From an uncultured delta proteobacterium (GTDB taxonomy: Bacteria; Myxococcota; Myxococcia; Myxococcales; Myxococcaceae), in the NCBI GenBank assembly GCA_963796055.1, contig CAWCKH010000003.1, positions 640,001 through 704,000 on the forward strand: a stretch of 64,000 bases of DNA, written 5' to 3'. The position numbers were made by a program, and so were the translations under genes. This document shows, piece after piece, positions 18,411-27,419 of this stretch (position 1 is the stretch's first letter; each line of letters starts with the position of its first letter). The notes under the pieces were generated by a model. That model was not told the origin of the DNA, did no database searches, and worked only from the letters and a program-made list of their open reading frames with translations.

Positions 18411-18480
18411 AAATCGCAGGGTTCCGGGCCCTTCTGGAGAGGTGGGGCGGTGTGCGCCCGTGGTTCCGCGGGTGCGTGGC

Positions 18481-19161
18481 TCAGCGGCGATCGGCGAGCC
18501 CGGCCAGAACGCCGGCGACGACGCGGTCGCAGCGGGGCGCCTCGAACGGGTACAGCTCGGTGAGCGTCGCCCCGGTTCGCTCCTCGAGGGTGGCGCGGAG
18601 CACTGCCTTGGCACGGGAGAGGCGCTGCTTGACGTTGTCGGTGGTGAGGTCGAGCGCCTCGGCGACCTCGGACGTCGAGAGCTGCTGGACCTCCCGGAGG
18701 ACGAACACCGACCGGTGCGACTCCGGCAGACCGTCGACCAGCTGCTCGAGCAGGTGGTTCAGCTGGGCGCGGGCGAGGCGCTCCTCCGGAGTGGCGTCGG
18801 GTGCGTGCATGGAGGCCTCCCCGTCGATCGCCTCGGGGGCAGCCCGGGGCCAGCGCCGGTCCCGACGGAGCTGCTGGAGCGCCTCGTTGATGCCGATCCG
18901 GAGCAGCCAGGTGGAAAAGCGAGCGCCGCCGGCGAATTGCTGCAACCGGGTGAAGGCCAAGAGATAGGCCTGCTGCATCAGCTCCTCGACCTCGTCCTCG
19001 TCGCGGACCAGGGAGCGGATGGCGCGGTAGAGACGGGCATTGTTGCGCCGCATCAACAGCTCGAACCCGTGGAGGTCGCCCGCGAGAGCCTTTTCGACCA
19101 GCACCTCGTCGGAGGTGCCCGGGTCCAGGGTCGGGGGTGGGAGCGGTACGGTGGTGGACAT
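18481..19161 (-). CDS. ECF RNA polymerase sigma-70 factor with C-terminal RCDRxV extension
   Basis: Region 2 (EELMQQAYLLAF, FSTWLLRIGINEAL) and region 4 (LPESHRSVFVLRE, VKQRLSRAK). C-terminal FEAPRCDRVVAGVL. Confidence 0.9.
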   Translation of the reverse strand: MSTTVPLPPPTLDPGTSDEVLVEKALAGDLHGFELLMRRNNARLYRAIRSLVRDEDEVEELMQQAYLLAFTRLQQFAGGARFSTWLLRIGINEALQQLRRDRRWPRAAPEAIDGEASMHAPDATPEERLARAQLNHLLEQLVDGLPESHRSVFVLREVQQLSTSEVAEALDLTTDNVKQRLSRAKAVLRATLEERTGATLTELYPFEAPRCDRVVAGVLAGLADRR

Positions 19162-19176
19162 CGCGTCGACCCAAGA

Positions 19177-19203
19177 GATGCACGGGACGTCACCGGGTGA
19201 CAA
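19177..19203 (-). promoter_or_regulatory. Putative ECF promoter TTGTCAC-N16-CATC for the sigma gene (autoregulatory)
   Basis: Minus strand TTGTCAC ccggtgacgtcccgtg CATC, ending 15 bp before ATG 19161. Mirrored by an identical motif on the + strand. Confidence 0.7.
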
Positions 19204-19230
19204 CGCACACCGGGTGAGGGCGGCCCCCGC

Positions 19231-19257
19231 TTGTCACCTCCGTCCCGCTCCACCATC
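19231..19257 (+). promoter_or_regulatory. Putative ECF promoter TTGTCAC-N16-CATC for the divergent membrane-protein operon
   Basis: TTGTCAC ctccgtcccgctccac CATC, with the same motif and spacing as the minus-strand copy. Confidence 0.7.
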
Positions 19258-19303
19258 CATGTGCCGGCGGCAAACGTCCCGCCCCTGACAGGAGAGACAT
19301 GGC

Positions 19304-19651
19304 ATGACCATCGCTCTGGTGCTGTTCGCCCTCGCTGCGCTGGGCGGGATCTACATGGCGATGGTGCGCTTCAGGGGCGCCGAGCGACCTCCCACCGCCA
19401 TCGCGCTGGTGCACGGGGCCGCCGCCGCCGCCGGCCTGATCGCGTTGATCGTGGCGGTGATGAACGTGCCGAATCCGGGACCGCCGCGGACCGCCTTGGT
19501 GGTGTTCATCGTCGCGGCCCTGGGCGGCTTCTTCCTCTTCGCCCAGCACATGCAAAAGAAGGCCCTGCCGATCCCGGTGGTGGTGATCCACGCCCTCGTC
19601 GCGGTGACGGGGTTCGTGATCCTGCTGGTCGCGGCGATGCAGGCGGCATGA
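19304..19651 (+). CDS. Small 4-TM membrane protein with intramembrane His residues
   Basis: SD AGGAGA, four hydrophobic helices, ALVHGAAA and VVIHALVA. Confidence 0.8.
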   Translation: MTIALVLFALAALGGIYMAMVRFRGAERPPTAIALVHGAAAAAGLIALIVAVMNVPNPGPPRTALVVFIVAALGGFFLFAQHMQKKALPIPVVVIHALVAVTGFVILLVAAMQAA

Positions 19652-20097
19652 ACCGGGGGCTGCGCATTGGTGGACATCCCCTGCATGCGGCGCTGAGCGA
19701 CTTTCCGATGGTTCTGCTCCTCCTCTGGGTGGCAATGGACGGGATGGCGCTGGTGCTCGGCTCTCCAGTTCTCTGGATGCTCGGGCGCTGGGCGCTGATC
19801 GGCGGCACGGCGGCGGCAGTGCTCGCCGCGTCCGTCGGGTTCATGGACTACCTGGCGCTCGGAGAGTCGGTCCCCCGCGTGCTCCGGACGGCCACGGCGC
19901 ATCTGGCGGTGATGCTCTCGGTGACCTGCGTCGCGGCGGTGGATCTCGTCTATCGCGGTCCCGTGCTGCCGACGGGCGTGGGGCGGGTCCTCCACGTCGC
20001 GGCGCTGGTCCTCGTCGCCGGCGGGCTCGGGGCTGGCGGGTGGCTCGGGGGGCATCTGGTGTTCCACCACGGCGTGGGCGTCGAGGACCGGGGGTGA
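19648..20097 (+). CDS. DUF2231-family membrane protein
   Basis: ATGA overlap with the upstream gene. GHPLHAALSDFP, GFMDY, TATAHLAVM, GGWLGGHLVFHHGVGV. Confidence 0.85.
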   Translation: MNRGLRIGGHPLHAALSDFPMVLLLLWVAMDGMALVLGSPVLWMLGRWALIGGTAAAVLAASVGFMDYLALGESVPRVLRTATAHLAVMLSVTCVAAVDLVYRGPVLPTGVGRVLHVAALVLVAGGLGAGGWLGGHLVFHHGVGVEDRG

Positions 20098-20334
20098 GTC
20101 CCCGAGCCGAGAGGGGCGTGCTCGTGACGGTTCACGTCGACCGCTCGACGACCACCGACGCACCGGCGAGGCCCACTTCCGGGTTGCCCATGGCGGAGTC
20201 GGGGGCTCTGGACGTCGCCGCACCGGGCGAGAGGGGCCTGACCTCGACCACGGGCCGTGGCAGGTTGTCGCGGTGCCGCCAAGGATCTCGTCTCGTGGAC
20301 TGGCGCAAACCCGCAAGGACTGGAAAGCCCGCTC

Positions 20335-20597
20335 GAGGGTCCGTTCCAGAACGTGACGTGGAACCTCACGTCCCGAAACAATCTGTGGACCGCCGAAGGG
20401 GGTCGGGCGTGCTCGGGTCATCTCGCACGTGGAAGCGTCCGTTCGGGGATGTCAAACGGCATTCAACATCCCCGAAACGCATCTGACGTTCCCTGGGCGG
20501 AAGAACGCGGAGCACGGGGGGGCTCGCGCCCCCCCCACCCGACTGACAGATCGTTTCGGGATGCTATGTGCAACTCCACGTTCCGATCCGGACCCGC
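20335..20597. repeat. Cluster of three ~52-bp imperfect palindromic units (REP/BIME-like or MITE-like)
   Basis: 20335-20386 and the reverse complement of 20546-20597 align ungapped at 38/52. A third, direct copy at 20433-20486 has a perfect 11-bp stem TTCGGGGATGT/ACATCCCCGAA. Confidence 0.65.
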
Positions 20598-20695
20598 TGC
20601 GCATAGCCAGAGCACGCGGACCGCGCAGGCCGGTCGAGGAGAGTCCGCCCGCCCGGACCCTGGTGGGATCCGCGTTTCCTCAGGGCAGTCAGGCC

Positions 20696-22125
20696 TCAAC
20701 GGAGCACGAGCACACCCTCGACGAGCTCCCAGGTCGTCCGGGTGCACCGGGCCGCGAGCCCATCGTCGTGTGTCACGAGGATCAGCGCACCCGGGTACGC
20801 AGCCAGGGCCGCGCCGAGGCGCTCCACGGTCGGAAGATCCAGGTGGTTCGTCGGCTCGTCGAGCACCACCGCCCGCGGACGTCGGGCCAGCCCCTCGGCG
20901 AGCAACAGCTTCCGGACCTCTCCGGCCGACGGCGCCGCAGAGGCGAGGAGCCGATCCGGATCCGTCCCCAGAGCAGCGACCAGCGAGAGGGTCCGCCCCC
21001 GGGCATCGGCCGGGAGCGCGCGCACCCGGTCCAGGATCGACGCTCCATCGCTGGCATCCACCTCCTGGTCGTCTTTCCTGCCCCGTTCGGCCCGGCGAGC
21101 CGGATCCGGTCCTCGCGTCGGAGGACGACGTGCAGATCCCGAGCTAGACCGCGTCCGCCTGCGCCAAGCTCCGGCGCGTCCAGCGGGAGCACGATCGGAC
21201 GCGGGGAAAGGCTGTGACCGAGGAAGACCGAGCGACCCAGCTCCACGGCGACGGGCGCATCGGGCACGACCCCCGCGGCACGCTCCGCCGCCGTCCGCAG
21301 CCGCCGGACGTCCCTTCCGAGCCGCGCCTCGGTCCACGAGCGCAATGTCTGTGCACCCATGCTCCGGGCGTCTCGATCCTTCGGATCTCGCCCGCGACCG
21401 CTGAGCGCACGCTCGGCCGCCGCTCGGCTGGAGCGCGCCTCGGCCAGCGCCCGCCTGGCCTGGCGTTCCCGGGACCGTGCCGCCTCGCGGACGACGCTCG
21501 CCCGCACCTGCTCGGCGTCCCAGATCTCCCTCGCTTCCCCGTAGTGCCCGGGGATCAACGTGAGCTGCCCATGATGGAGCCGCGCCGTGCAGGTGGTGAG
21601 CGCCTCGAGGAGTGCCCGGTCGTGCGAGACCAGGAGGCCAGCGCCGCGGAAGCGCTCCAGCGCGACGAGCACCAGCGCGCGGCCGGCCGCGTCGAGATGG
21701 TTGGTCGGCTCGTCGAGCAGCAGCACCCGTGGCTCCCGGGCCAGCGCCGCGGCGACCTGCCATCGCCGTCGCTCGCCCGGTGAAAGGCTGCTCCACCGCT
21801 CGAGGTCCGCCGCCTCCAGCGCCAGCTCGCCCAGGAGCTGCCAGGCCGGACCATCGTCCCGCGCTGCCAGCGTGCGCCCGTCCTCGCCGGGGACCTCCAC
21901 GTCTTGCCGGCACAGGACGACCTCCGCTCCGTCAGGCTCGGTGCGGATCCGCCCCTGCCGTGGCCGGAGCTCGCCGGCGACGAGCCGGAGCAAGGTGGTC
22001 TTCCCTGCCCCGTTCTCACCGACCAGCCCGGTCCATCCCTGGGGGAACACCGCGCTCACCCCGTCCAGCAAGGGGAAGGCGTCATGGTGGGCGAACGTCA
22101 CCCGTTCGAGTCGAATGCTGGGCAC
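20696..22125 (-). pseudogene. ABC-F family ATPase (ribosome-associated), disrupted by an internal deletion plus frameshift near 21067
   Basis: Two NBDs (GENGAGKTT, LSPGE, LLLDEPTNHLD; GPNGAGKTT, SAGE, VLDEPTNHLD) and no TM. The second Walker A is fused out of frame directly to QEVD. Confidence 0.8.
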
Positions 22126-22195
22126 AGCGCGCTCCTGGATCGAGGACACCACCTGCCCCGGGCACGTTCGCGCTCGGCAGGGCGTGGGTTCGGAC

Positions 22196-22213
22196 TCAGG
22201 AGCGCGTGATCAT
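22196..22213 (-). promoter_or_regulatory. Putative leader peptide (uORF MITRS) upstream of the ABC-F gene
   Basis: ATG ATC ACG CGC TCC TGA, ending 70 bp before the ABC-F GTG, followed by a CCTGCC...GGCAGG stem. Confidence 0.4.
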
Positions 22214-22279
22214 CGGACGCCGCGGGGACGGCGCGGGCAGCGCTTGCCAAGGCCGGGCCCGGACCTGAGCATCCGAGCG

Positions 22280-24481
22280 ATGCCCAGCGCAAGGACGCGC
22301 CTCGCTCTGTCGATCCTCGTCACCGCCGCCGCGGCGCACGCCGCCGAGCCTCCACTCGCGCTCACCCTGGAGCGGATCGTCTCCCGGCGCCCTGCCCTCT
22401 CCGGCACCGCGCCGGCGGCGCCCACCTGGTCGCCCGACGGGAAGCTCCTCGCCTTCCTCTGGAACGACAAGGCCATGCCCGAGCGGCAGGTCTGGGTCGT
22501 GGAACGGGACGGCACCCGGCCGCGCCGGCTGACCGAGGAACGCACCCGGGGCGGCGTCTCCGAGCTGGCCTGGCTTCCCGGTGGGCGGCTGCTCTACCTC
22601 GAGGGCGGTGAGCTGCGGCGCATCCCCGCCACCGGCGGCACGCCCGAGCTGCTCGCTCCCGCCGCGGGTGAGCGGAGCAGCCTCTCGGTCTCTCCCGATG
22701 GGCGGACCGCCGCCTGGCTCGAGGACGGAGACCTCTGGCTGCTCACCCTGGCCGGCGGCAAGCCCATCCGGGCGACGCAGGTGGCGGTGAAGCCCATCGG
22801 CAAGGGCGGCGGGGTCTACCACCGGCCCGACGTCGAGCTCGGCCGTGCCGCATGGGACGAGGCGCTCGCGCCGGCCTGGTCGCAGGACGGGAGATTCCTC
22901 GCGGTGCAGCTCGTCGACCGCCGCGGAGTCCACGCCTTCCCCATCCCCGACTACCTCGCTGGCGAGGCGACGCTGGACCACGTCCGCCGGGGCGCACCCG
23001 GCGAGGTGAACGACAGCCGGTCCGTGGCGCTGGTCGAGGTTCCGACCGGTCGGCTCCGTCTGCTGTCGCTCCCCGAGCCGACCCGCTGGCATCTCGTCAC
23101 CCTGGCCTTCTCTCCCCGGGGACAGCTGCTGGTGGACCGCGAGACGGACGACGCGATCGACCGCGCGCTGCACCTGGTGGACCCGGCCACCGGCGGGCTC
23201 ACCGAGGTGTGGACCGACCAACGGCCGTCGCGCATCTACAACCGTGTCGCCTCGGCCTGGCACCCGGACGGACGGCGCATCCTCCTCACCGGCGACCTGG
23301 ACGACTGGTACCGGCTGTACCTCCTCACCCCTGGCTCGAGAGAGCTGCGGCCACTCACCACCGGACCGCACGACGTGCTGGGCCCGGCCATCGCACCGGC
23401 CGGGGCGAGCGTCATCTACTACCCATCGAATGATCCGGGCCCTGAGCAGCGGCAGGTGTGGCGCATCCCCGCAGGCGGCGGGACGCCGATCCGGGTCAGT
23501 CCCCTGCCGGGCAGAAACGTCGCCTTCGTCTCACCGGACGGCGGCGCGGTGGCATTCCTGCACAGCGACGATGGCGCGCCCACCGAGCTGTACATCGGCC
23601 CGCGTCGCATCACCCGCTCGCCGCCGCCGGAGTTCGACCGCGTGCGCTGGGGCCGCGTCCAGTACCGCACCTTCCCGGGCACCACCGCCGGCGTCCCGCT
23701 GCACGTGCGCATCGTCACCCCGGCGGACCTGGACCCGAAGCGCAGGTACCCGGTGCTCTTCGGCCCGGTCTATAGCAACACCGTCCGCAACCAGTGGGAT
23801 GCGCACTTCGGAGGCCTGATGCAGCTGCTGGTCGAGCACGGCTACGTGCTGGTTCAGGTCGACTCACGGGGGAGCACCGGGTACGGCCGCGCCTTCCGCG
23901 AGAAGTTCCTCTTCGAGTGGGGACGCTCCGACCTCGACGACTACCAGGACGCGGTGGCCGGGATGAAGACGCTGCCGTTCGTCGATCCGGGGCGCATCGG
24001 CATCTTCGGGAGCAGCTACGGAGGGCTCTTGACCATCTTCGCGCTCTTGAAGAAGCCGGGGCTGTTCCAGGCCGGGGTGGCGGGCGCACCGGCGACCGAC
24101 CCGCGCTACTTCGGGAGCGACGACGTGGCCATCACCCGGACCCCGGCCACCCACCCCGAGGTGTTCGAACGGGGGCGCGCCATGGCCTACGCGGCCAGCC
24201 TCCAGGACCCGCTGCTCATCATCCACGGCATGGCGGACGACGTGGTCCCGTTCCAGACCTCGGTGATGCTCGCCGAGGCGATGGTGAAGGCGCACAAGCG
24301 CTTCGAGTTCGCCTTCACCCCCACCGCGACGCACGCCTGGGCCGCCCGCGAGGACGACGCGCTCTACCTCTACGGACGGCTGGTGGACTTCTTCGAGCGG
24401 TGGATTCCGCCCGGCCCGCGCGACGCCGTGACGCCCCGGACGGACGGAGGCAGTCCGCCGGCGGCACCCGGCGCGCGTTGA
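22280..24481 (+). CDS. S9 family (dipeptidyl-peptidase IV-like) exported peptidase
   Basis: Signal peptide, WSPDG propeller repeats, DSRGSTGYG, nucleophile GSSYGG, IHGMADDVV, and ATHAW His. Confidence 0.9.
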   Translation: MPSARTRLALSILVTAAAAHAAEPPLALTLERIVSRRPALSGTAPAAPTWSPDGKLLAFLWNDKAMPERQVWVVERDGTRPRRLTEERTRGGVSELAWLPGGRLLYLEGGELRRIPATGGTPELLAPAAGERSSLSVSPDGRTAAWLEDGDLWLLTLAGGKPIRATQVAVKPIGKGGGVYHRPDVELGRAAWDEALAPAWSQDGRFLAVQLVDRRGVHAFPIPDYLAGEATLDHVRRGAPGEVNDSRSVALVEVPTGRLRLLSLPEPTRWHLVTLAFSPRGQLLVDRETDDAIDRALHLVDPATGGLTEVWTDQRPSRIYNRVASAWHPDGRRILLTGDLDDWYRLYLLTPGSRELRPLTTGPHDVLGPAIAPAGASVIYYPSNDPGPEQRQVWRIPAGGGTPIRVSPLPGRNVAFVSPDGGAVAFLHSDDGAPTELYIGPRRITRSPPPEFDRVRWGRVQYRTFPGTTAGVPLHVRIVTPADLDPKRRYPVLFGPVYSNTVRNQWDAHFGGLMQLLVEHGYVLVQVDSRGSTGYGRAFREKFLFEWGRSDLDDYQDAVAGMKTLPFVDPGRIGIFGSSYGGLLTIFALLKKPGLFQAGVAGAPATDPRYFGSDDVAITRTPATHPEVFERGRAMAYAASLQDPLLIIHGMADDVVPFQTSVMLAEAMVKAHKRFEFAFTPTATHAWAAREDDALYLYGRLVDFFERWIPPGPRDAVTPRTDGGSPPAAPGAR

Positions 24482-24526
24482 GCGAGCTCCATCACCAGGG
24501 GTGATGCCGCCTGAGTTGACCGGCGC

Positions 24527-24724
24527 TCAGCGCTTCCGGAGCCGCTTCCTCTTCGCCGCCGTCCGGCGCGAGGCGCGGAGGTGCGCGGCGACCCGCGGCA
24601 CGCAGGCGATGACCGCGGTGCAGATCATCGCGGTGATCGCGGCGAGGGCGGCCGAGCGCTGCAGGTGGAGGATGCGCGACACCGAGAGCGTCGCCAGGAC
24701 CAGGGTCGAGGTGAATGCGAGCAA
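24527..24724 (-). CDS. Possible small 2-TM membrane protein
   Basis: Hydrophobic stretch followed by a basic tail (RRTAAKRKRLRKR). TTG start is uncertain. Confidence 0.3.
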   Translation of the reverse strand: MLAFTSTLVLATLSVSRILHLQRSAALAAITAMICTAVIACVPRVAAHLRASRRTAAKRKRLRKR

Positions 24725-24803
24725 GGGGGCCCGGAATCTACCAGGGGCCGCCCGACCCCGCGCTCGTCCCGCGGGACAAGGGGCAGGCGACCCCGGGACA
24801 ACG

Positions 24804-26753
24804 TCAGACGTGTTCCGACGCCGTGGTTCCCTCGCCCGCCGAGTCGCCCGCGGGCTGCAGGTGCTCGGTCGCGCTCCCCACACCCTCGTGGTCAGGTGGC
24901 TCGGGCATCGGCTCCGGCGGCGGTGCGGGTGGGAGCGCCTCGAGCCGGTCCGCCTCGGCATCCTCCCCGGCACGTCGGAACAGCCGGATGGCCTCGTTCC
25001 GGTTGCCGAGCTCCTCCGCCAGCCGCGCGCCCTTCCCGAACTGACCGGCCTTCTCCAGCAGCGGGAACGCCTTGTCCTTCCTGCCCGCGGCCTCCCAGGC
25101 CTCGGCAGCGTCGGCCGGACGCTCGAGCAGCTCGAGCCAGCGCGCCCGGGCCATCGACTTGGACTCCTCGGTCGCCCGCTGCAGCTCGCGCTCGCCCAGC
25201 GCCTTGGCCTCGGCGTTCAGCCCCAGCTGCTGCATGAAGCGGAAGCCCTTCGGCGGGGGCAAGGGCTCGAGCAGCTTCGCCGCCTGCTCGCGCCGGCGCG
25301 CCTGCACCAGAAGCAGCGCCGCGCCGAGGCGGTCGCCCCGCTCTACCAGCCGGTCCACCTCCAGCGTCCGCACCCGGTCCACCGACGCCACGTCCCGCGC
25401 GCGCTCGTAGGCCTTCCGGGCGGCGCTCAGCTTCCCGGACCGTTCCCAGGCGAGGCCCGCCTGGTCGAACTGCCGGGCCCGCTCGTAGAGCTTTGCCACC
25501 TCGTCGAAGTGGCCGGACTTCACGTGCAACTCCATCAGCAGCTCCCAGCCCTCTGCCTTCTCGAGGATCGTCTGGGCCTCGCCGGGCGGAAGCTGAGTCG
25601 CCAGCCGCCGGCCGGCGTCCATGTCCTTGGCGGCGAGCGCCGCCCGGAGCGCCGAGCGCAGGTCCCCCCCGGACTCGAAGAGCCGGGCCGCGTCGGCGAA
25701 GGAGCCGTGCTTGTCGTGCAGGCGCGCCGCGTCGCGGGTCCGCCCGCGCGACTCGAGGAAGTCCGCCTGCCCCTTCCAGTCCCCGGCCAGCTCGGGCGGG
25801 ATCTCCAGGGGCGCCCCGCGAGCCGTCCCTGGCACCCGCTCCACGCGGGGCGCCCGCTCGGGCCGTCCGGGCCGCTCTCGCCGCTCGCCGCGCTCGGGCC
25901 GCTCGCGGCCACCCCGGCGTCCGGCGCCGCCACGCTCGGCCGGCGCCGTCTCGGAGGCCGCCGGTCCCGGAGGGGCGCGCAGCTCGTCCGCGCTGGGCCG
26001 TCGGCCTGCCGCGGCGAAAGCGGTGTCCGCCCGCTCCTGCTCGCCGACCGCCGCCCAGGCCAGCCCCACCCGGAACAGCACCTCGCCATGGGCCCGCGCC
26101 GGGGTCATCGTCGCCGGTGCCGAAGGGCGCGGAGTGGCCTCGGCGGTGCCGCTGGCCTCTGCCGGTGGCACCGGAATCGCCTCCGCGCCGGTGTCCGGAG
26201 AGGCGGACGTGGCCACCGAGGCCGCCTCCGCCGTCGCGGCCTCGGTGGGCGGGGAGCCCTCGCTGCCGCCGGGAGACTCGGCCAGTTGCTCCGGAGGAAC
26301 GTCCGGCGGCGCCGCCTGCTCGCTCTCGCCCGGAACGTCCGCCGGGCCGGCGCTCGCGTCCGGCGCCGCGAGCGACTCCGGACCGGGCGCCGCGGGCCCG
26401 GGCTGGCGTGCCACCCGGGAGAGGGTGGTGATGAGCCGCCCCCGGGTGTCCATGTCCAGATCTTGAAGCGAGCGGGCACGCGCCTGCCGGAGCGCCTTCA
26501 CCACCGCATCGAGCGGCTGGAGCTCGGCTGCGAAGTCGCCCCTGGCCAGCGCCTTCTCCAGCGCCGAGAGCTCGGGCACGACGCGCCCGCCCGTGCCCCC
26601 GAGGCCGCCCTCGCGACGCCGATCGCCCCGGTCGCGGCCGCCACGGCCGCCGGGTCCACCGCGGTCACCCCGACCGCCGCCCCGTCCTGCCGGTCCCTCG
26701 CCGCGGCGCCCCTGCCCCGGGCGCCCAGGTCCCTGTCCACTGTCCACTGCCAC
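24804..26753 (-). CDS. TPR-like repeat protein of the glt cluster (AgmV-position homolog)
   Basis: GTG 11 bp after the gltH stop, with a GAGGG SD. RG-rich N-terminus, acidic/Pro linker and TPR-like helices. Identity inferred from position in the cluster. Confidence 0.65.
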   Translation of the reverse strand: MAVDSGQGPGRPGQGRRGEGPAGRGGGRGDRGGPGGRGGRDRGDRRREGGLGGTGGRVVPELSALEKALARGDFAAELQPLDAVVKALRQARARSLQDLDMDTRGRLITTLSRVARQPGPAAPGPESLAAPDASAGPADVPGESEQAAPPDVPPEQLAESPGGSEGSPPTEAATAEAASVATSASPDTGAEAIPVPPAEASGTAEATPRPSAPATMTPARAHGEVLFRVGLAWAAVGEQERADTAFAAAGRRPSADELRAPPGPAASETAPAERGGAGRRGGRERPERGERRERPGRPERAPRVERVPGTARGAPLEIPPELAGDWKGQADFLESRGRTRDAARLHDKHGSFADAARLFESGGDLRSALRAALAAKDMDAGRRLATQLPPGEAQTILEKAEGWELLMELHVKSGHFDEVAKLYERARQFDQAGLAWERSGKLSAARKAYERARDVASVDRVRTLEVDRLVERGDRLGAALLLVQARRREQAAKLLEPLPPPKGFRFMQQLGLNAEAKALGERELQRATEESKSMARARWLELLERPADAAEAWEAAGRKDKAFPLLEKAGQFGKGARLAEELGNRNEAIRLFRRAGEDAEADRLEALPPAPPPEPMPEPPDHEGVGSATEHLQPAGDSAGEGTTASEHV

Positions 26754-26764
26754 GGCTGCCCTCG

Positions 26765-27412
26765 CTAGAAGGCGTAGCGCAGGTTCGGCGTGATGGCGAA
26801 GCCGAACGTCTTGGGCTTCAACAGGTACGAACCCACGATTTCCACGCCCACCGAAAAGTGTCGAAGGCGCGTGTAGTACTGCAACCCGGGTCCGCCGAAC
26901 ACAAGAATGCTTCCGTAGCTGTCGGTTGGGTCGGAGGCGAACAGGGCGTTGGGCTTGAGCAGCGCGAGGCCCCCTCCTGCCTTGAGGTACAGCCAGGTTC
27001 GCTGGACGGCCTGGCTGTCGGCGAACCCGAGGAAGTTCCACTGCACCGCCAGCCCGGTGGCGATGCTCGAGAAGTCACCGGAGGCGGTCCCGCCGGAGCT
27101 CCCGACGTAGTCCGAGTTGGCGGAGTAGGTGTTCCCGGCGAAGAACACGCCCAGCGACACGACCTTGCCGATGTCGTAGCCAATCTCCAGCCGCAGGGTG
27201 GCCCCGGAGCTGAAGGGCTTGTTTCCACCGCTCGGCGCCGGCGCGGCGGTGAGGAACGCCGGGCCGATGTCGAGACCGAAGTAGACCCCGCGGGTGATCT
27301 CGTCCACCGGCGGCTCGGTCGAGGCGAGGATCGGCGCCGCGGCCTGTGCCCGGAGCGGGCCGGCCCACAGCGAGGTGAGGACCACCACCATCCCCAGGAG
27401 GGAGCGGTTCAT
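26765..27412 (-). CDS. gltH: Gliding outer-membrane beta-barrel protein GltH/CglE
   Basis: Signal peptide, amphipathic strands, YYTRLRHFSVGVE, C-terminal PNLRYAF. Directly downstream of gltG. Confidence 0.85.
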   Translation of the reverse strand: MNRSLLGMVVVLTSLWAGPLRAQAAAPILASTEPPVDEITRGVYFGLDIGPAFLTAAPAPSGGNKPFSSGATLRLEIGYDIGKVVSLGVFFAGNTYSANSDYVGSSGGTASGDFSSIATGLAVQWNFLGFADSQAVQRTWLYLKAGGGLALLKPNALFASDPTDSYGSILVFGGPGLQYYTRLRHFSVGVEIVGSYLLKPKTFGFAITPNLRYAF

Positions 27413-27419
27413 GTAGGCG

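Noticed and set aside
20290..20345. Possible c-di-GMP-I riboswitch (GCAAAC...GGAAAGCC)
   Set aside because: The P1/P2 pairing and tetraloop receptor could not be built, and it is not in the 5' UTR of a co-oriented gene.
20335..20597. CRISPR array or integron attC interpretation of the repeats
   Set aside because: The units are too divergent, mixed in orientation and irregularly spaced. There are no cas or intI genes and no clear RYYYAAC/GTTRRRY ends.
21587..22279. N-terminal extension of the S9 peptidase
   Set aside because: Antisense to the ABC-F gene. The signal peptide begins at ATG 22280.
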